Under the pieces are notes generated by a model. The model did not search any database and had not been told where the DNA came from. It saw nothing but the letters and a program-made list of their open reading frames with translations. Shown here one piece after another: positions 59,895-64,000 of a stretch of DNA of 64,000 nucleotides. Made by a program: the position numbers and the translations under genes. Each line of letters starts with the position of its first letter. Within the stretch, counting starts at the first letter, position 1. Source of the DNA: an uncultured Candidatus Saccharibacteria bacterium (GTDB lineage: Bacteria; Patescibacteriota; Saccharimonadia; Saccharimonadales; SZUA-47); the NCBI GenBank assembly GCA_964419675.1, contig CAYQPN010000002.1, forward strand, positions 67,073 to 131,072. The letters are read 5' to 3'.

Positions 59895-60308
59895 TTAAAA
59901 TCGTCCTAATACAAACCTTACCGTAAGTTGTGAGGCTACGGCTATAATTATACCAACTGACGCATAAATTATTTGCATCCTGGATGTTGATATCTTATGG
60001 GAATCACCCCTGGAAAGTGTCATTCTTATCCCGGCAATCATAAATACAGCCACTGCGATAATACCCACCACAAATGACAATGCATTGAGAGCCTTGGTCA
60101 AGATCCCATCTTTCCCGTAGATCGGGTTGGTGGTTTTTGCGGTTTCAATATCTCTACAAATCGCCGGCACTTCGCCGTTGCCGAAGTCCCCGCTACAAAC
60201 ATCGTTAGATATGTCTACCTGAGCTCCGGCAGGCAAGACGGACAATGCAGGTACGAATAAGCTTAGAGCCAGACTCGCTGTTAAGACAAACCTTTTTAAT
60301 ATTTTCAT
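59895..60308 (-). CDS. VirB2/TrbC-like two-helix pilin-type protein (paralog 4)
   Basis: Signal peptide ...LPAGAQV, Cys pair (DVCSGDFGNGEVPAICRD), loop AGIRMTLSRGDSHKISTSRMQIIYASVG. Confidence 0.7.
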   Translation of the reverse strand: MKILKRFVLTASLALSLFVPALSVLPAGAQVDISNDVCSGDFGNGEVPAICRDIETAKTTNPIYGKDGILTKALNALSFVVGIIAVAVFMIAGIRMTLSRGDSHKISTSRMQIIYASVGIIIAVASQLTVRFVLGRF

Positions 60309-60628
60309 TTCAATACGTCCTTAAGAAGGAATATTACTATCAAATTTGCACTTAATGACACAACCAAGCCCACAAAAGCATAAATAATACCTTTTCTGGC
60401 ACTTGCAGCTTTTTCTGGGTCACCGCCAGACAAAATAAAATTCAAAGCCTGAACCATGATAATGATTGCTGTAACCGCAGAAATTGTAGCAAAAACAATT
60501 GTCAGCACAGTCTGCAAAGCACTCCCATCTGCATTAACCTGCGGGAGATTAGTAAGACACCCAGAATTCCCCGTTGATCCTTCGGGACAGTTTTTCACTT
60601 GAGCGAATAATTTTAGTATTGTTTCCAT
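60305..60628 (-). CDS. VirB2/TrbC-like two-helix pilin-type protein (paralog 3, shortest, no obvious signal peptide)
   Basis: Cys pair (KNCPEGSTGNSGC) and loop ALNFILSGGDPEKAASARKGIIYAFVG. 4-nt overlap with the downstream paralog. Confidence 0.65.
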   Translation of the reverse strand: METILKLFAQVKNCPEGSTGNSGCLTNLPQVNADGSALQTVLTIVFATISAVTAIIIMVQALNFILSGGDPEKAASARKGIIYAFVGLVVSLSANLIVIFLLKDVLK

Positions 60629-60633
60629 AATGA

Positions 60634-61077
60634 TTAATTAAAGCTGTTAGCGATAAATGACACCGCGGCCGATGCGATAACGGTTATTGTTAGACCAACC
60701 AATGCATTTATTGCTGTAGATTGTGCCTGCTTAGTTTTGTCTGGCGCTCCTTGACTAATAACATAACTAACACCACCGTATATTATAAAGCAAATTGCCA
60801 CTAAGGCGGCCACTCTTAGTAATATTTCAATAACTGCGGCAATAATTAACCACGTGTCATTTATGCCCTTAATATCCAAGTTACATACCGTTGCATTTGT
60901 TAATGGATCTGTGTCTATGTTGCTATCAAGATATTTATACCAGGTGGGGAACCCCAGAAAGGATGACTGAGCACACCTTGCAGCGTACGCTCTTGCTGAG
61001 CCAAAAAATATCCCGACCAGTAAAAAACTGTACATAAATACTATGAATATCTGGGTCAATCTTCTAATACGAATCAT
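60634..61077 (-). CDS. VirB2/TrbC-like two-helix pilin-type protein (paralog 2)
   Basis: N-terminal hydrophobic signal/anchor ...GSARAYAARC, second Cys (TVCNLD), loop YGGVSYVISQGAPDKTKQAQSTAINALVG. Confidence 0.68.
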   Translation of the reverse strand: MIRIRRLTQIFIVFMYSFLLVGIFFGSARAYAARCAQSSFLGFPTWYKYLDSNIDTDPLTNATVCNLDIKGINDTWLIIAAVIEILLRVAALVAICFIIYGGVSYVISQGAPDKTKQAQSTAINALVGLTITVIASAAVSFIANSFN

Positions 61078-61682
61078 ATGAACATCCCTCCAGGAACCAG
61101 AAAATTAGCAATTGCAAAAATAAATAAGTATAAAAACAGCGCAATAACACTATTAGTCACTCTCTTAATGGACGCCTCTGTGGATTGTGGGTTACCTCTT
61201 GAAGCTGAGTACTGTATCCCAGCCAAAATTATAGACCCAATAACTACTATCCCTACCCCAGCACTTAAAAACCTGAATAATGCAAAAGCCATATCAATGA
61301 TTGGGTTGACATCGTTAGACCCCGGGTAACTCTCTCCTCTACAGCCGATGTTAATACTCACTTTTACTACGTGTTCTCCCTTCCCGCACTGCCTACCATC
61401 TGCTCCTGTACTTGTATTCGTAGTACCTCCAGGGTTTATCGCCGTACATTCGCTTGGGTTTGAGCTACAAAAACTACTTGACTGAGATGCTGAATTATTC
61501 GTAGTGCTGTTAGTTGCTGAGCAGGGGGTACCATCATCGGGCTTTGTCGTCCCGTCCGGGCATGTTTGCAACGGTTCTGCCCATACTATGTTTGAACCGT
61601 AAATACTCCCAAGTGCCGTGAAGCTTAATAGCCCTACCACTATTAGAGTTAATAATTTGTTCTTAGCTTGTTTAATTTTCAT
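61074..61682 (-). CDS. VirB2/TrbC-like two-helix pilin-type protein (paralog 1, largest variable ectodomain)
   Basis: Signal peptide ...NIVWAEP, six Cys in a Thr/Ser/Asn-rich ectodomain, loop AGIQYSASRGNPQSTEASIKRVTNSVIA. First gene of the minus-strand array. Confidence 0.65.
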   Translation of the reverse strand: MKIKQAKNKLLTLIVVGLLSFTALGSIYGSNIVWAEPLQTCPDGTTKPDDGTPCSATNSTTNNSASQSSSFCSSNPSECTAINPGGTTNTSTGADGRQCGKGEHVVKVSINIGCRGESYPGSNDVNPIIDMAFALFRFLSAGVGIVVIGSIILAGIQYSASRGNPQSTEASIKRVTNSVIALFLYLFIFAIANFLVPGGMFI

Positions 61683-61830
61683 AATATTCTAATCATATAC
61701 TACTATGCTACCAACGCTACTTCAATTAAAAGCTCCCCATATACTAGGTGGGTTGATTGTTAATTACAAATTTCTTAGCTTTAAATTTATGTTCAAAGCA
61801 TAAAAGAAATGATATAGTTTTCTTATATCA

Positions 61831-64000
61831 ATGGCTTCGAAGAAAAAACTTTTTAGTAAGAAATTTTTTTTGTTTACCTCAGTTATCTTTCTGGGTGTAA
61901 GTTTTGTTTTACCTATTATTAGTAATCAGAGGTCATATGCCGTGCCCGGAGATGGCCTGGCTGAAACATATGGGATTCCTGTAGTTGACGGTAAAGTTAA
62001 TTTTACTTCAAGTGATGTAAAAACTGCAGTATGGATTGACGCAAATCAGATTCAAGTAACTTTCAATAATGACACAGTATCAAATTTCTTTCCTGCTAAC
62101 GATGCAGATAACGGCGTAGGCGAGCTACAAGACCAGCGTCTTGGAAGTAGAAATGGGAGCGGAATTGTCACCTACATAAGTAAAGACATTGGTTGTTATG
62201 CACACATTAACTTTGATTTAAACGAACATAAAGGAAAAGTCGATTTTATTATGACCACCTTAACAAAGGGTGAGATTGACATAGACTTTAGGCCAGACAT
62301 TGAATCAGAGTGTAAAAATGAAAATGAACCTGAAATTACTTTCACGAACCCCGAGAATAGCATTGCTTACTTCAAATGGGATGATTCCGGAAAAATTGTC
62401 ACTGTCGATGCCAAAACTCAAGGGGGTGGTTTTTCAAGAGTTGACGCTACTTCAAACTACTTTTTCAAAGATTCCGAAGGATCAAGCACAACTTGTAGAG
62501 ATAAATTGCTCCTGGACCCCGCAACTAATACCGTTACTTTTTGGGAACTTGACAAAGATTTCAGTAAGGATCCCCCTACTGAAGCTAAGGCAGGTGATGG
62601 ATGTAAATATAAGTCTGAGGGTTTTCCACCAAGCAATGTTGCAATTCCAATTGCTGGGCTAGAAAATAGCACCAAACCACCAGGAACTGGAGATTCTGGT
62701 GTAGACATTGGTCTTAGCGGTTCAGAAGACAACCCAACCTGTGAATGGGGTGGGGGTAATTTGAGCTGGTTATTTTGCCCAATTATAAATGGGGCTCTTG
62801 ATACGACTGATTGGATATTCAATAAATTTATCGGGCCTTATCTATTTATCAGCCCCTTAACTACCGATAGCGGGGACAACGCTTACACTATTTGGAAATC
62901 CTTCCGTACTATCGGGAATATCCTCCTTATTTTTGGTTTATTATTCATAGTGTTTGGTCAAGCTATTGGTGGAGGATTAGTTGACGCATACACTGCTAAA
63001 AAAGCAATGCCCCGAATATTGGCAGCTGCGATCCTGATTAACCTATCCTTTTTTATCGTGGCTTTTTTGGTCGATGTTTTTAACATCTTAGGAACTGGAA
63101 TTGGGCAATTAATCACGGCCCCCCTAGACGGTACTGGAAGCTTCAATTTTAGTATTGGCCAGTCTGTTGGTTCTTCCGCTACGTTTCTTGGGGGTGGGTT
63201 ACTTGGTGTTGTTTTGGGTGGTACCTTTATAGCTGCCCTTTTTGCGCAGGGCATTGGCACCGTAATTTTGATGTTTATGATGTTTATTGGTCTGCCAATG
63301 TTAGTACTTACCATAACAATATTCGGTACTTTAGTAATTCGACGCGGACTGATAATATTTCTGGCCGTCATATCTCCTGTAGCATTGGCAATGTACATCC
63401 TCCCTAACACCGAGAAGTTTGCCAAAAAATGGTTTGATCTTCTCATTAAAGCACTAGTCGTTTACCCAATAATTGTAGCCATATTTGCAATCGCCGACGT
63501 TCTTTCAGTAATGATTATTGGTGGAGACGTTGATAATGCACTGTTTGGGGATATTACTTCACAGCTTGTAGGTTTGGTTGTAATATTTATGCCATTATTC
63601 CTAATACCTTTTTCTTTTAAGCTTGCTGGTGGCGCTATCGCTTCTGTATCTGGTGCAATCAATGGATTCGGTAAAAAACGGGCCGAGAAATACATGGGTA
63701 ACGAGCTTGATCAAACTAGCAGAATTTATCAGGCCAAGCACAACTTTAAAGCAACTAGGCAACAAGGGCAGAACGCACTTGGCGCAAAACTTCTTGGTGC
63801 TTCATCTGCAGGGGGCGCAGGCTCTACCACTCGAACGGCTATTATGAGTTTAAGCCCACAAATGATAGTCAATAGAGCGCGTAACAGAAGGAGGGCTAGT
63901 AGAGGACTCCCCCCCGTTACTGGTCCTACTTCCCCACCTATTGCAGTAGCACCGGCCCCTAGAAGGCTTACTATTGTAAGACCTACACCAACACCTACAG
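61831..64000 (+). CDS. Large polytopic membrane protein, VirB6/TrbL-like by architecture (3' end outside the window)
   Basis: I checked every codon by hand: ATG at 61831, frame open to nt 64000 (723 codons; absent from the ORF track because it is unterminated). It has a signal/anchor FFLFTSVIFLGVSFVLPIISNQRSYA and a Cys-containing ectodomain of about 300 aa. At least six hydrophobic helices follow (about 62900-63640), then a basic/Pro-rich tail. The gene is divergent from the pilin-like array. Confidence 0.6.
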   Translation, partial: MASKKKLFSKKFFLFTSVIFLGVSFVLPIISNQRSYAVPGDGLAETYGIPVVDGKVNFTSSDVKTAVWIDANQIQVTFNNDTVSNFFPANDADNGVGELQDQRLGSRNGSGIVTYISKDIGCYAHINFDLNEHKGKVDFIMTTLTKGEIDIDFRPDIESECKNENEPEITFTNPENSIAYFKWDDSGKIVTVDAKTQGGGFSRVDATSNYFFKDSEGSSTTCRDKLLLDPATNTVTFWELDKDFSKDPPTEAKAGDGCKYKSEGFPPSNVAIPIAGLENSTKPPGTGDSGVDIGLSGSEDNPTCEWGGGNLSWLFCPIINGALDTTDWIFNKFIGPYLFISPLTTDSGDNAYTIWKSFRTIGNILLIFGLLFIVFGQAIGGGLVDAYTAKKAMPRILAAAILINLSFFIVAFLVDVFNILGTGIGQLITAPLDGTGSFNFSIGQSVGSSATFLGGGLLGVVLGGTFIAALFAQGIGTVILMFMMFIGLPMLVLTITIFGTLVIRRGLIIFLAVISPVALAMYILPNTEKFAKKWFDLLIKALVVYPIIVAIFAIADVLSVMIIGGDVDNALFGDITSQLVGLVVIFMPLFLIPFSFKLAGGAIASVSGAINGFGKKRAEKYMGNELDQTSRIYQAKHNFKATRQQGQNALGAKLLGASSAGGAGSTTRTAIMSLSPQMIVNRARNRRRASRGLPPVTGPTSPPIAVAPAPRRLTIVRPTPTPT

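Noticed and set aside
62300-63847. Track ORFs 62300-62662 (+), 62457-62822 (-), 62958-63446 (-), 63462-63695 (-) and 63623-63847 (+)
   Set aside because: All are off-frame or antisense relative to the continuous 723-codon frame starting at 61831. That frame has coherent signal peptide, ectodomain and TM-helix organisation.
1-64000. Search for integrase, transposase, IS ends, prophage genes, rRNA and CRISPR arrays
   Set aside because: No ORF showed tyrosine or serine recombinase, DDE transposase or phage structural motifs. No rRNA-like sequence or repeat-spacer array was seen. The tRNA echo modules therefore cannot be linked to a mobile element within this window.

Overview
This is a very gene-dense, moderately AT-rich bacterial chromosome segment with short intergenic regions and many overlapping stop/start junctions. 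The gene content looks like an ultrasmall Patescibacteria/CPR genome, most plausibly Saccharibacteria (TM7); that is an inference from gene content, with no database check. Recognisable housekeeping genes are rpsT, holA, mutM, polA, rpoD, dnaG, orn, msrB, mscL, gdh, argS, rlmH, tag, groES/groEL with a CIRCE operator, murE, tsaD, valS, comFC and hsp20. Also present are a MacB-type ABC pair followed by a sortase, a bifunctional PGI/PMI, and several HAD, NUDIX and HIT hydrolases. Five tRNA genes, all with encoded CCA, were folded by hand: all four Ser isoacceptors (UGA, GGA, CGA, GCU) plus Arg(GCG). I saw no rRNA, CRISPR array, transposase or integrase. The most unusual signal is non-coding. Four of the five tRNA genes are each followed, 164-186 nt downstream on their own strand, by an exact or near-exact copy of their own last 17-21 nt including CCA. 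That copy closes a hairpin-rich 'echo module' with a conserved architecture, and I cannot assign it to any element class I know. Other candidates are listed here. (a) Six tandem VirB2/TrbC-like two-helix pilin paralogs lie divergent from a large VirB6/TrbL-like membrane protein that runs off the window end. (b) An orphan FtsK/HerA/VirB4-superfamily ATPase is translationally coupled to a repeat-containing unknown protein. (c) A three-gene unknown operon containing an HExxH protein sits behind a consensus promoter. (d) A coiled-coil protein carries perfect 99-bp tandem repeats. (e) An XRE-HTH/HAD-like fusion regulator lies near a perfect 38-bp palindrome. (f) An operon pairs a CDP-alcohol transferase and a PHP phosphoesterase with an archaeal-type CarS-like protein. 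All functional calls rest on motif recognition by eye.
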